The position numbers were made by a program, and so were the translations under genes. The notes under the pieces were generated by a model. It did not search any database and had not been told where the DNA came from. It saw nothing but the letters and a program-made list of their open reading frames with translations. From contig NC_043001.1 in assembly GCF_006345805.1 (NCBI RefSeq), positions 54,126,001 to 54,190,000 on the forward strand: a DNA stretch of 64,000 nt. The letters are read 5' to 3'. This document shows positions 27,831 through 41,169 of the stretch, piece after piece. Origin of the DNA: Octopus sinensis. Its lineage: Eukaryota. Within the stretch, counting starts at the first letter, position 1, and each line of letters opens with the position of its first letter.

Positions 27831-30800
27831 AAGACCTCTGTTACGAGGCAGCGTAGCCCTATTGATAGAATCCGAATCATTGGCTTGTATGCTACTCAAC
27901 TGACATGCTGCCTACTTGGCTATATATCCTTATATTGTTAAATATATCCTTATATGACAATACTTGTATTTTTAAAACAAAATGTAGTGATCTCAAAACT
28001 TCCATTTCTATTCTAACGAATCAACTTAACGTAGAATGTCCTCGAGAAACATATGAATACCACAATTTTCCTAGATTTTCTAATATAAATTCAACCAATA
28101 ATGAGCCAAAGGGAGCACCTCTTTAACGATATGGAACGACGCACCAAGTATATCTTTTATAAACAGCGTCTAATAAAGAATGGGATTGTCGTAGCTGAAA
28201 TACCCTTTATCAAATCTTTGCTCGCTCATGAGTGATCTGGAGATAAACAATGACTATCACCAATAAAACGTCACACTATATGTTGCTATAGTTATAGGGA
28301 TGCGTTTTCTCTTGCTCTTACAATATCACACATATGTTGATACGTTCTTATTTTGTGATATTTTTATTGTTGTTATTCTAACACATATTACATTGGTGGT
28401 ATCTTTATCAACATAAATGTTATGAAAGTCATTGTAATAATTAATTGTCAAAATAACCCTTACGGCTATTGGTGTTACTAATTACAATTGCCAGAATCGG
28501 TAAACGACAAACAAAATGTCTTGAGGGATATGATTGTGTCACGTAGTATTTTAAGCCTGAATCTCTCTAAGGCGGTATTTGAATTTTAGCCCTCCAGTAT
28601 TGATAACGTAGTGATGTTGTACTGGAATTGGAAAACATCGTCAATACTCCTTACCGAAAATAAGAAGCTTTGTATCAACTGTTAGAGGTCAATATAATAA
28701 GTAAAATGGGTGGAAGAACTAAAGATCGGTCGATTGCTTGAAACAATGTGTTCTGATATTCAGTTTTATTTCTTTATATTCTGAATTCAAATCCTGCTGA
28801 ATTGCTTTAAATCGACTACAGCCCTTCTCTGTAAATATAGGACACTGAACAAGGTAAGACATTAATACTGTAATTTCTCGAAGGATGGAACTGACAGGTA
28901 TTTTAGTGGACTGCATTTCTTTCAACTTCAATTCTCAACTCTAAATAATAAATATGTGTCAAGTATTAGTTCAAGTCAATCTTCTAAAATCCTCTTCAAA
29001 ACTTTGTGCCACTATGCAGTCATGTGAAACTCTCAGTTTGATCACTTACTGTGAGATTCTCATAGCTAAAAATTATTTAAGATAATCAATTCTAACAAAA
29101 TAGCCAGGATATTTAAGTTTGGTTGTGGTAATATTTCAAACCCTAGTTCGGAAAAGAACCCCTTGTAAAACCTGTCTTTTCAATCTCCAGTACCTTGGGT
29201 CGATAGCAGTTAACCTTCGTTACAATCAAAACTAGAGATATCATTGTTGCTGCACTGGTGTCCTCAAATAAATATACTAGTTAGATACTTTGATTGCACT
29301 TTGTTGTGAACATCAAACATCAAATACTGAAAAAATTAATGAAAAGCGTAAATTATGTGAAAAAAAGATTGACAAAAATGTAAATTTTAAAATAAATGAA
29401 GCAAAAAGGAATGAACGTGCGAATGAATACATTATAACAAATTAGAAAGAAAGTAAGAGTAAACTAATGTTTGATAGTATTCAAATCAAATAATATTGGT
29501 AGTATCGTCAAGCCGAGGCCACATTTTAAATTGTTGTTTGAATCCAAATCGTATCAGTTGCAACTCCAATATTCTTAGTAAAATGCAAGAGCCCCACATT
29601 GCTTTTCTAGTATTTTATTAAATAAAACGACAATGAGAAAAAGTGACACAAATTTCAATTCTGTATATACCGATTTCTAATCTCTTAATAATTAATAAGC
29701 AAATTATAATTTAATAATGTTACCAAGAAATTTGCAAGAACTCTGCCACTTTTCAGAAAATGTTTCCGCGTGATTCTTTACTGGATGTGTTGCAATTTCG
29801 TCATCATTCACATGAATACATTTAACCATTTTTGTAACATCCACCATTCACTAGTTTATGAATCGTTCAATGCTTAATTTGAAATTTGCTACCTTGACTG
29901 AAATAGTTCTAGTTTAATATTCGTTCGATTGTTACTAACGAAGCTAGCGTCCAAAAATAAGAGTGACAGAAAATATAGACAATGAAATATAGCTGTCTCC
30001 AGCATCTGTCTAATTCCCCTTCTCATCTAATCTGTTGTATATTTTTCAAATCGTTTCTTTTCTCCTGTTTCAAATCAAAACGATTGTTCTTTTTAATCAA
30101 TCACATTTATAAATATATCATTCAGTATTTTCATTTAAAAAATATATTGTGATAATGTTTAAAACATGAAGTATAAATTATAAATTAATCTGAAAATACT
30201 TAAAGTCATTATATTTTAAAAACTAATTTTGGTGATGTCATTCACTTCCAGGTTGAGACATTTACAAAACGAGATGAAAATTTGATTTGAGTACCAAAAC
30301 AGACATTTGACTGTAAACAATTAGAACCAGTATCATACATTCATACTGTATACTACATAAGCGACTATATATATATTATTTCAAACATCCTTGTGATTTT
30401 TCAGACTGTGCATAACATCATCTATTTGTGTTAAGTGTGAATTGCATTTAAAGAAAAAAACACCGGTACTATAGTTTATTTAACTAATTCTTGTTTGGTT
30501 TCAATATGAAATGTAAATTCTATAAAACGGGTGTTGTATTTAAAACAAATAAAACGAATTAATGAATTGATGGCATGGTAACCGACAAGTGTTAAGGAAA
30601 TAGTATCTGATCTGTTCACGATAATAATATATATTTTGAAACCAAGAAAAGGTGAACAGAAATGTATTCTAGTGATCAATCGCTTTTGTGCATCTTTGAA
30701 TTTTATTATGTGGATTATTTAAATAAATATATGCTCTTTTTCTTTTATTTCTAGCATCATATTATGATTTTAACCACATTAGTTTTATGTAGTTGTTTTA

Positions 30801-31689
30801 AATATCATGTAGATCAATAGTTCTTTTTTTATTTCAATAATAAGGACGATAAAAACAAGTATAGAGGACTCAAATGCTTTCTGGAACACTTTGTAGTATA
30901 TTCAATATCATCTTCAACCTCATTGTATAAGTATCTTCAAAAATCTCGATGATATATTGTGAAAATATACGGAAAGAAAATACCAGTGTATCAGGATTTA
31001 TGTGTTGTGAGAATAACGGAGATTGTGTATGTATATGTTAATGGTACTAACAACGTTTTCCATGGCTTTTTTTGTGTTTGGTATAAATATGGCGTTGCCA
31101 ACATATAGTGACTTGGTTTGTTGATAAAAAGTATTCAATTCCATTATTCAATTTTCATTCTTTAAAAGTTTCTTTTCTTTCCGTTATTAAATTATATCAA
31201 ATTATATATTATTGAAAAAATACTCGGACGAAACCAACTTGTAATTCGTCCACGTTGTTATTGTTACAAAGTAAGTAATTGGGTTTTTTGTTCCTTACCA
31301 TTATGCTATATTCACATCTCTGTTGCAATTATTCAGTGAATATCTTCAATATGAACATTTTTAATGTTGTTCCTCTTGTTATTTTTCATTTCTGATTTCT
31401 TCTAATTTGCGCAGAACATCCTAATTATCGAAGACTGTAATTAGAATCAGCGCTATGTGTCGAGTATATAAAGTTTCAAAAGAAAACTGAAAAGATAACA
31501 TTGTTTCTCATTAAAAGATTTCATAGATTTACGACATGTACATTATCAATTTATTTTTATCGTTTTAATTACATATTCAGGAAGGTATTACTTATAAAAG
31601 TTACTTTTCAAATGCACACATACACACACACATATACACACAAACACATATCTTAGCTTATATCCATACGTATGCATGGGTGCAAGGGG

Positions 31690-31845
31690 TATGTGGAGCA
31701 GTGGTTGGAGTTTTGGACTCACAATCATAAGATTGTAGCTTCGATTCCTGGACCGAACGATGCGTTGTGTGCTTAAGCAAAACACTTCATTTCATGTAGC
31801 CCAAGTCCACCACCCAGCGAGAAAAAGTGAGTAATGCTTGAAATC
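31690..31845 (+). mobile_element. SINE family 3 (tRNA-like head)
   Basis: gcagtggttggagttttggactcacaatcataagattgtagcttcgattcctgg..gcgttgtg..agcaaaacacttcatttca; matches reverse complement of 52695-52937. Confidence 0.75.
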
Positions 31846-32173
31846 CAACATGTACCAGGTTAGAATTCAAAGGCCTGCATCTTTTCTAAATTCTAGAACC
31901 CTACGAGACCTGCGAGATATGTGTTCAAAGAGTATTTTTATCTGCGAGACCAAATGAACTCACATTTCGACAGGGAAAATACTAGTTCTAACCATCTCAC
32001 TCCTTCACCAAAAACATTTCAGAGAATAGGCTGGAAAGTGGTTGTGAAATAAACCTCACCACAGCAGACACGGAGTCCCAGTATAGCCACATCCACTGCC
32101 TGAAACAAGAGAGGGTAAAAAGTACACACATACGTGCGCATATATATATATATATATATTCACTTATTTATAA

Positions 32174-32367
<194 letters not shown>

Positions 32368-32370
32368 GTG

Positions 32371-33242
32371 TACGAGGTCTGATCTATAACTATCCAGAAT
32401 GTTGTCATAGTAACGAAGATACAAGACGTAGAGTAAAGCTGCTCGGCTCAGATTGACCTTGAACTCTACTGTGCATACGCCTTGAATATTTTTAAGTTGT
32501 AGCTCACTTCTGCTATATACAGCAGTGCTTCAAAAGAAGGTGTATAGCGTATGATCGTCACATTGACCATGACAGGGAAAATTGTCATGCTGATACCTGT
32601 GTATGAAGAGGAGAGTATGAGCCGCACACAACTGTACGAGTGGTTCAGACGTTTCGAAGATGGCCGAAAAATGTCAATATTGACGAACGTTCTGGGAGAC
32701 CTGCAACCAGCAAAACTGAGAAAAACATCGCAAATGTGCCTGCACTTGTGAGGGGGAAATCGTCGAATCACCATCCGTGAGTTATCAGGGAATGTGCAGA
32801 TTAGTTACGGTTCAGTTCAGTCCATTATCACTGAAGATTTTGGTATTAGACGTGTATTAGCTAAGTTTGTGCTGAAACTGCTTTCAGCTGATCAAAAGAA
32901 CACTCGGGTTTCAATTGCACAAGATCTTCTTGATTGTGTCGAGAACGATGAAGACTTTCTGAAAACTTTGCGTAGGCATCTAAGCAGATATCGCCAAGCT
33001 TTTGGCAAATTTTGATGCAGATTCTCCGCTCAGCATTTCTGTCATGGTCAATGCGACGATCACACGCTACACACATTCCCTTCCAAGCACTGCTGTAAGC
33101 AGTGGAAGTAAGCTAGAACGTTAAAACTTAGTGCCTATGCACAGCAGAGCTCAAGGTCTATCTGTACTAAGCGGCTTTACTTTGCGTGCATTACCATTGT
33201 TACTTTGGCAATATTCCATATACTTATTGATCAGACCACATA
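32371..33242 (+). mobile_element. Non-autonomous mariner with ~205-bp inverted arms
   Basis: TA|cgaggtctgatc ... gatcagaccaca|TA; transposase N-terminus MSRTQLYEWFRRFEDGR, NRRITIREL, ISYGSVQSIITEDFGIRRVLAKFVLKLLSADQK..EDFLK; no catalytic domain. Confidence 0.9.
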
Positions 33243-33329
33243 TGTGTGTATTTTATAATTAAAAAATATTAAATGGTTAAATTAATTCACCAAAATTATG
33301 TTCGACAAATTTTGCTTATATCTGGCAGA

Positions 33330-33750
33330 GAAGACGTGTTGTTGAGGTCTTGCAACTGCAATATGCTGTAAATAATTGTACCACACAGAGGTGTTCAAGG
33401 GATATATTGTGTATTGACGATGGACGATGAAAAAAGTATGGACTCTCCATTCTATGTGTAATATGTCTTGGAAAGAGACTCATTATAACTCTGATTTAGA
33501 AAAACATCATTTTCATATAAACATTTAAGAAATAAATGTAGCAGATGCATTTACACCATGAGCATTATAAAGAAAAATATACTATAAATGGCCATACATT
33601 AAACGTGCAAAACGGAGACGAAACATAATGGAATTAAACATAATGGAATTAAAACGCATAAATATCAATATTCCCATCAAATGTTCAACTTACTGCCAAA
33701 GTGGTGCTGTAAAGGCTTGTCTTCTTAACTACGAAAGAGAACATGTACCA
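33330..33750 (+). mobile_element. Possible decayed Penelope GIY-YIG fragment
   Basis: SCNC start and WKE..YN..F...YKW..IKRAK-like segments across frameshifts. Confidence 0.35.
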
Positions 33751-34278
33751 AAGGTTTTGAGACAAAATCTCGAAAGCTACAACAGCGAATATTAAAAGAT
33801 GGTAAACTCAGAATAACAAAAACTTCAAATAACGAAAATCAAATTTTCAAAAATCATAAGATAAACAGATCGAAACCCGAATTCTGGTATATTTTACGGA
33901 AATAATCTTACAAGAAATTTACTTTCAATTTTTTTAAGTACCTCTAAGTAAGAAACATTAATGCATATGTATACAAGAGTTAAGGAATGGAATAGATAAG
34001 ATCCGGGTTACACTTGTTTCATAGCGAGCGAAACCTCAGTAGTGGAAAATATTCAAGCGAGGTGTATACTGCAGGCTATTCTTCGGGCCAACGATAACCA
34101 TAGCAAAACCTATGGACGATGAAAACGCTTCAAAAGTTTTGAATAATGTTTGTTTCATAAACGTGGTTACTGTGAAGCCTTAACATGCACACAAATATAC
34201 ATACCTAAACCTGTGCATATACATTATGGATGTACATAAAATCACAAACATACGCACACGCATACACATATATGTATG

Positions 34279-34368
<90 letters not shown>

Positions 34369-34391
34369 GAGAGAAAGATATTTATATATAC

Positions 34392-34724
34392 AAAAACAAT
34401 TTCAGCGTTGAAGATGTTTATAAGCCATCTAAGAACACAAAAAAAACGTTAGATTCACTTCAACATTGAAATTTAATTTTTGTCAAAATATTTCCGTAGC
34501 TTTACACCCGCGACCAGTTCACTGAGGAAACTTCGTGCTGCATCTCAGTGAACAGGTCGCGGTTTCAAATCAGCGAAAATATTTTGACACTAATTAAATT
34601 GAAATGTTAGAGTAAATCTAAAGGTTTTTGTGGGTTCTTGAATGGCTTATAAACATCTTCCACGCTGTTTTCGTTTCAGCACACGATCTCAAATAAAGGC
34701 ACTTGCTATGCAGGTACATCTCTG
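34392..34724. mobile_element. Palindromic MITE, copy 1 (left end truncated)
   Basis: Arms meet at ccgcgaccagttcactgag [17-nt loop] ctcagtgaacaggtcgcgg; complementarity extends ~135 bp. Confidence 0.85.
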
Positions 34725-34806
34725 TTATAAGTATATATATACATATATATATATATAGATATATATATATATACAGAGAAAGAAAGATATTTATATATAT
34801 ATATAT

Positions 34807-34890
<84 letters not shown>

Positions 34891-34936
34891 TATTATATAT
34901 ATATATATATACAGAGAAAGAAAGATATTTATATAC

Positions 34937-35268
34937 AAAAACAATTTCAGCGTTGAAGATGTTTATAAGCCATCTAAGAACACAAAAAAAACGTTAGATT
35001 CACTTCAACATTGAAATTTAATTTTTGTCAAAATATTTCCGTAGCTTTACAACCCGCGACCAGTTCACTGAGGAAACTTCGTGCTGCATCTCAGTGAACA
35101 GGTCGCGGTTTCAAATCAGCGAAAATATTTTGACACTAATTAATTGAAATGTTAGAGTAAATCTAAAGGTTTTTGTGGGTTCTTGAATGGCTTATAACAT
35201 CTTCCACGCTGTTTTCGTTTCAGCACACGATCTCAAATAAAGGCACTTGCTATGCAGGTACATCTCTG
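34937..35268. mobile_element. Palindromic MITE, copy 2 (tandem duplicate, period ~545 bp)
   Basis: Near-identical to 34392-34724 including flanks. Confidence 0.85.
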
Positions 35269-35275
35269 TTATAAG

Positions 35276-35322
<47 letters not shown>

Positions 35323-35329
35323 TAATAGT

Positions 35330-36300
35330 AATGGTAAGACAACAAAAGAATGAAAAAGACCTCGATATTATGTAAATGAGGAATTTATTTGTAATATAAT
35401 ATGTGACAATTATTCGGTTGCCATAATAAAATTCCGCGTTCCGGATGTCGAGGCGGAAACCTGCACCGACATCTCTTCAGTTATCGAGGCAGTTAATATA
35501 TGCTATGAAAATGACCGTTAAATAAGGGAAAAGACCGAAGGGGAGGAAGAAGAAAGTAAAGGAGTAAGAAAGCTCATACCAATCGCGTGTGGGCGCATGT
35601 ACATACATACACATGCGTGCACTCACACCTACGTACATGTGTTTATATGCATATGCTCACTCAGACTCGCATGAAACACACATGCGCCAAATAGATGCAC
35701 ATATACATGTAACCATGCATGTACACGTATACAACTCTACACACACACGCGCGCACACACATGCACACACATACGTGCACATACCTATATGTGCATACAC
35801 ACACACACACAAGTGCACGTAACCATACGCGCACCATTATATTCAAATGCACGTCTAAAATACATGCATGCTATATATGCATATGCTCACTTACAATCGC
35901 GTGGACTCCCACGTATATATGCAACCATACATATGTGCATATATATGTGCATATATACATACCCGCACACACACACACGCACAAAAGTTTCGTATACACG
36001 TCTATATAAGCACATGCACAAGAAAAAAGCAGGGTATAAGGTAAAATACAGGGAAAAAGTGTGAAATTATATAAAATATATGTAAAAAAATATATACGAA
36101 ATATATATATAAAATATAGAGAGATACAAGGCTTGTACGTGGACTCATTGTCTTAATAACGGTCATTATATAACAATTTCCCTTTGTTTAACAGTCATTT
36201 TCATAGCATATTTTAATTACATCGATAACTGAAGAGATGCCGGTGCAATTTTATGAGGATAAAACTTTATTAGAAAAATTTTATCAGTGGCCAACATATG
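35330..36300. repeat. Inverted ~70-bp repeats (35462-35531 / 36177-36247), Penelope-terminus-like, around a CA/TA-rich spacer
   Basis: tgcaccgacatctcttcagttatcga..atgctatgaaaatgac.gttaaa.aagggaaa is complementary to tttccctttgtttaacagtcattttcatagcat..tcgataactgaagagatgccggtgca. Confidence 0.7.
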
Positions 36301-36383
36301 AAAAAATATCTTTTAAGGTGAAAATTATTAATACAATTATAAATAAGGGCAAATGAAAGAATCTTTCTTTGCCAATATGCTGA

Positions 36384-36540
36384 AAAATAGGCGCTAAATC
36401 GTCTAACCACATAAAATATTCTCACTATATTTATTACACCATGTATGGAAACGAGGAAAGCGATCGAGCAGAAATTTTATGAATTTGTTAGCTCGCTTTC
36501 TTCATTTCGACATATGGTTAGACGATTTAGCGTCTATTTT
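36384..36540. mobile_element. Small hairpin MITE-like element
   Basis: aaaataggcgctaaatcgtctaacca / tggttagacgatttagcgtctatttt (26 bp, 1 mismatch) plus an inner imperfect stem. Confidence 0.7.
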
Positions 36541-36960
36541 CTATGAATTCGTGTATGCCCATTCTGTTTGTATGCGCATAATTTTCCGCCTATGTGCGCC
36601 CTCTCATCTGTATCTTTTCTTCTGTCTATGCGTCTACGTGCATGTTAGTTAATTCTGTATGATTGTATGTGTGTGCTTGCATATGCTTGGACTTAACAAT
36701 GTTTATCAGCGTGAGGTTTGCTGCCATCATAAACACACCATTTTACCTAAACGCACTCTACTAGACAATGATCAACCTTCCCACCGAACAAAATGTTACC
36801 CAGTTATATACTGCCTTAGCATAAAAAACATACTTTACTCCACACTCAATGTTTCAATGGTTTTTTAATGAAAGATACTTTAACCAAAATTTTAGTTGTC
36901 AAAGCTTAATTTTTATCTCATATAATGCGTTTTTCTCTTATACCTATCAAAGTTACCATT

Positions 36961-37378
36961 TTACTCTTTTATTCTTTTACTTGTTTCAGTCATTTGACTG
37001 TGGCCATGCTGGATCACCGCCTTCAGTCGAGCAAATCGACACCAGGACTTATTCTTTGTAAGCCTAGTATTTATTCGATCGGACTCTTTTGCCGAACCGC
37101 TAAGTTACGGGGACGTAAACACACCAGCATCGGTTGTCAAGCTATGTTGGGGGGACAAACACAGACACACAAACATGTATACACACACACATATATATAC
37201 ATATACATATATATGACAGGCTTCTTTCAGTTTCCGTCTACCAAATCCACTCACAAGGCTTTGGTTGGCCCGAGGCTATTGTAGAAGACACTTATCCAAG
37301 CTGCCACACAGTGCGACTGAACCCAGAACTATGTGGTTGGTAAGCAAGCTACTTACCACACAGCCACTCCTACGCCTA
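36961..37378 (-). mobile_element. SINE family 2, near full length
   Basis: Reverse complement of the 14575 copy architecture. Confidence 0.9.
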
Positions 37379-37734
37379 CATACGAATAATATTCTGCATG
37401 CTAATAATATTCATTAGTTCTATATCATATGCAGACTAAATTTTTTTATTGTCTAAACTAAAGAAAGGAAATATAAACAAAAATACAAACACACATTTTA
37501 TATACGCACATATAAAGCAAACAATTTCTAAAGAATGAAACTAATCCACTTTTTATAAACACAACATACTTACTCAATCGTTCACAAGTCTAAAAATGTT
37601 GAGTCGGGTTGAAGCTGGTGGAATGTGCAAGCTATTCAAAATTCCACCTTTCATTATATATAAGTTCACAGACATGTACGAGCGCGCACATATATATGCG
37701 TGTGTGTATGTGTGTATGTGTATATGTGTGTGAG

Positions 37735-37860
37735 GACACTAGGACTAGCGGTTAGGTTGTTGTACTCACTATCGCGAGATCGTGGTTTCAGTTCCTAGAC
37801 AGAGTGGTGCTCCAGCATGGCCGCAAGCAAATGATTGAAACAAGTGAAAGAATAAAAGAA
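37735..37860 (+). mobile_element. Internally deleted SINE (family 3-like head, family 2-like tail)
   Basis: tagcggttaggttgttgtactcactatcg.gagatcgtggtttc joined to gtggtgctccagcatggccgc..tgaaacaagt.aaagaataaaag. Confidence 0.6.
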
Positions 37861-38079
37861 TATGTGTGTGTGTGTGTGTGCGTGCGTGCATTCTCGCGCG
37901 CACTCTGAAGAGAGCTATACGAAACCTTAACTTCACCATAAATGGTACTCCACTCCTAAATGCCTCTTAAATACATACCTAAAATCAATTCTCTGAGATA
38001 GGCCGGTATGCAAAATACGCACCACGAGAAGATATGAATACAAAAAAAGCAGAAAACATAGTTGGTATTTTATGATTTA

Positions 38080-38495
38080 AGGCGGCGAGCTGGCAGAAAT
38101 GTTAGCACGTTGGGCGAAATGCTTAGTGGTATTTCGTCTGCCGTTACGTTCTGAGTTCAAATTCCGCCGAGGTCGACTTTGCCTTTCATCCTTTCGAGGT
38201 CGATAAATTAAGTACCAGTTACGCACTGGGGTCGATGTAATCGATTTAATACCTATGTCTGTCCTTGTTTGTCCCCTCTGTGTTTAGCCCCTTGTGGGTA
38301 ATAAAGAAATAGGTATTTCCTCTGCGTTACGTTGTGAGTTGAAATTCCGCCGAGGTCGACTTTGCCTTTCATCCTTTCGGGGTCGATAAATTAAGTACCA
38401 GTTACGCACTGGAGTCGATGTAATCGACTTAATACCTGTGTCTTTCCTTGTTTGTCCCCTCTGTGTTTAGCCCCTTGTGGGTAATAAAGAAATAT
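38080..38495 (+). mobile_element. SINE family 1 dimer (A+A) with 15-bp TSD
   Basis: gtattttatgattta at 38065-38079 and 38496-38510; internal junction aaagaaataGGTATTTC at 38312. Confidence 0.92.
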
Positions 38496-39477
38496 GTATT
38501 TTATGATTTATACAACATAACGCGTTTGGCCAAATGAACAAGTAGGATTACATAAGTAATAAGTGTCTTTAACATTCTTTGTACTTTTTGCTAAACACTA
38601 TGGAGGTATTTTCATAAAACTATATGAGTTTCAACAAACTATAATGTGCTCCTGCTTTATAATCTGCTGAAACGCGTTTCCTAACGCATAAAATTTTATA
38701 AGGTATGAAATAAAAAAATACGTTGCTGTGTTTTATTCATACTATACATATGCGTGTGTGCGTGTTTTTACACTTTATTTCTGTGTTAAGAAGACAGCCA
38801 GTAGTTTCATGTAAGAAGATCTTTATAATTGTTGAAGCGTATCACATAGACGTGTAAGGAATTAATTTATGTATAGTGGATGCAATTTCTGGAAAAAATC
38901 CAGAACTAATGCAAAGGCCAACAATTGAGATATTCTTATAAGTGACCTCACCTGATCTGTGTATTTATTTCCAGAGGTAGCTCAGTCTTGTGTAATCTTG
39001 TGCATTCCAATCCATAATAGATACGAGTACCAACACTTCCACATTGTACGCTCGAAAAATTGTGAAGACGTCTTCACATGAACCCATTGGATACCTTGTT
39101 AATTCGCATATTTATCCACCAATGTGAGTGAGTAATCATTCTCACTGTTCAATATTAGCATATATATATATACATACATACATACATATATACATACATA
39201 CATACATACACACATACACACATATATATATATACACATATGTATGCGTGCGTGTGTGTGTGCATGTTTATGTCGGTGTTTTTCCCTTCCCCATACGATA
39301 ATTTATGTTGCTTTATTACGTCCCGTAACTTAGCAGCTCGGCAAAAAGCACCTGATAAAATAAATACCAAGTTTTAGAAATCACCCTTCTAGGTGGCGCC
39401 CCAGCTTGCTTGTAGCCTTGTGACTGAAACAAGTATTAGAAAATGATATATGTTTATAGATTTTAATATGTGTGTGT

Positions 39478-39478
39478 T

Positions 39479-39526
<48 letters not shown>

Positions 39527-39626
39527 TGTGTGTGTGCGTGTGTGTGTTCGTGTGTTTCTCCCCAACATCAATTGATAACCGATATATATATGTGTGTGTG
39601 TGTGTGTGTGTATGTGTGTATATATG

Positions 39627-39706
<80 letters not shown>

Positions 39707-39775
39707 TGTCAATCGATGTTGGGAAGAAACAAACGCACACACACACGCGCACACACACAAACACAAACACACACG

Positions 39776-39822
<47 letters not shown>
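39478..39822. repeat. Foldback of microsatellites and a SINE family 2 internal fragment
   Basis: (GT)n-ttctccccaacatcaattgataaccgatat (39556-39585) / atatcggttgtcaatcgatgttgggaagaa-(CA)n (39698-39730). Confidence 0.8.
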
Positions 39823-39829
<7 letters not shown>

Positions 39830-40124
39830 GTTGGTGGGCTAGGAAGTTACGCAGCAGGCAGGAAGAAAATCTCTTATTCGGTCAGTATTCAAAGTACATG
39901 GGCTTGATTACTTTATACGAATCGGATCTCACGTGGTAAAGTGTTGCAGACAACTGGTTTAAATAATTAAAATGTGAATCCTCTCTACAGTCTAGATTGT
40001 GACAAGGGTCATGGACATCTTCACCTTGAAGAATTTCTTGAAGTGACTGGAGCGCTACAAGTGCATCCAAATCAGAGGATCTTCGAAAGAAATTTGAGTT
40101 TTGTACTTCTTTTAAATATATATA

Positions 40125-40520
40125 CGAGCAAACGCCCCCCGTCCAATGGACGGAGCTGAGTTGTCAAACATTTAAACCAAATTTTCTCAAAACAACTTGT
40201 CCCACTGTCCCATACGCCTCCCCTTTGAGAAACACTGATTTAATCTAAATTTGAGACACGAAACAAGCCGGCTTCTTTGCGCAAACTGCACATGCATTTT
40301 TCTCGCCTACGCATAGTATCGATCGCAACAGCTGATGTACTTGCGCGTACAAATGCACGTTCCCACGGCGTTATATATCGCATTCTCACCTGGAATCGAT
40401 TTATACACGCCCTGATACCGTTGGTATCTACATATCAAATTTGAGCGCAATCGGATGGAGGATGCCCGAGATCCTAGAAGACACACACACAGACAGACAG
40501 AACGGATTTTATATAATAGA
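40125..40520 (-). mobile_element. Non-autonomous Helitron
   Basis: Minus strand A|TC at 40520; perfect hairpin ccgtccattggacgg (40139-40153) then CTCG|T at 40125; acacacagacagac..tttatata..agat end shared with the 24483 element. Confidence 0.75.
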
Positions 40521-41169
40521 TGTGTGTGTATGCCTCCTGGAAAAGTCTCAAAACATCTTAAATGTACTATGTAGATGCCTATCTGTATCAGAGCCGTAGT
40601 TTATGTTTACACCGACTAATTGGTGTTGCAGCAATATTGTCTACCTCTATATAACGCAACTTAGTGGTCTGACAAAGTTACATATAAATAATATCAGAAT
40701 AGAATAATTACTGGTGTAGATATAATAGGCTAAAATCTTCAAAGTATCAACTGTACAGCCGCTGTAGAAGTATATGAAGTATAAAGAAATGTTAGGTCTC
40801 AAAACCTCGGCAAATAACAATTATATAGCAATGCGAAAATTTCATTTTGAAGAACAGATTTATCTTTGCGGTGATAAAATTCTTCAACTGCTAATTCACC
40901 GTAAAATCTTAAGTGCAATCAGCAACAAAGTTACTTTCAGATCTATGTGACAATGATTCTGCATCCATAAATATCAGTTTTCTCATTTAAAAGCAAGTCA
41001 TTGTACCACAATACGTCAACCTATGGTGGCAATTTATGCAGTTTCATTTCTTACTCTTCCACCGCTGTTAAAATGGACATTGATCTTAAATTCTACTAAA
41101 GAGCAAACTACTTCTCGCAAGTCTGCCCAATGCATTCGCCCTCTTCTCCTCCTCTCTTTTCCCCTCTCT

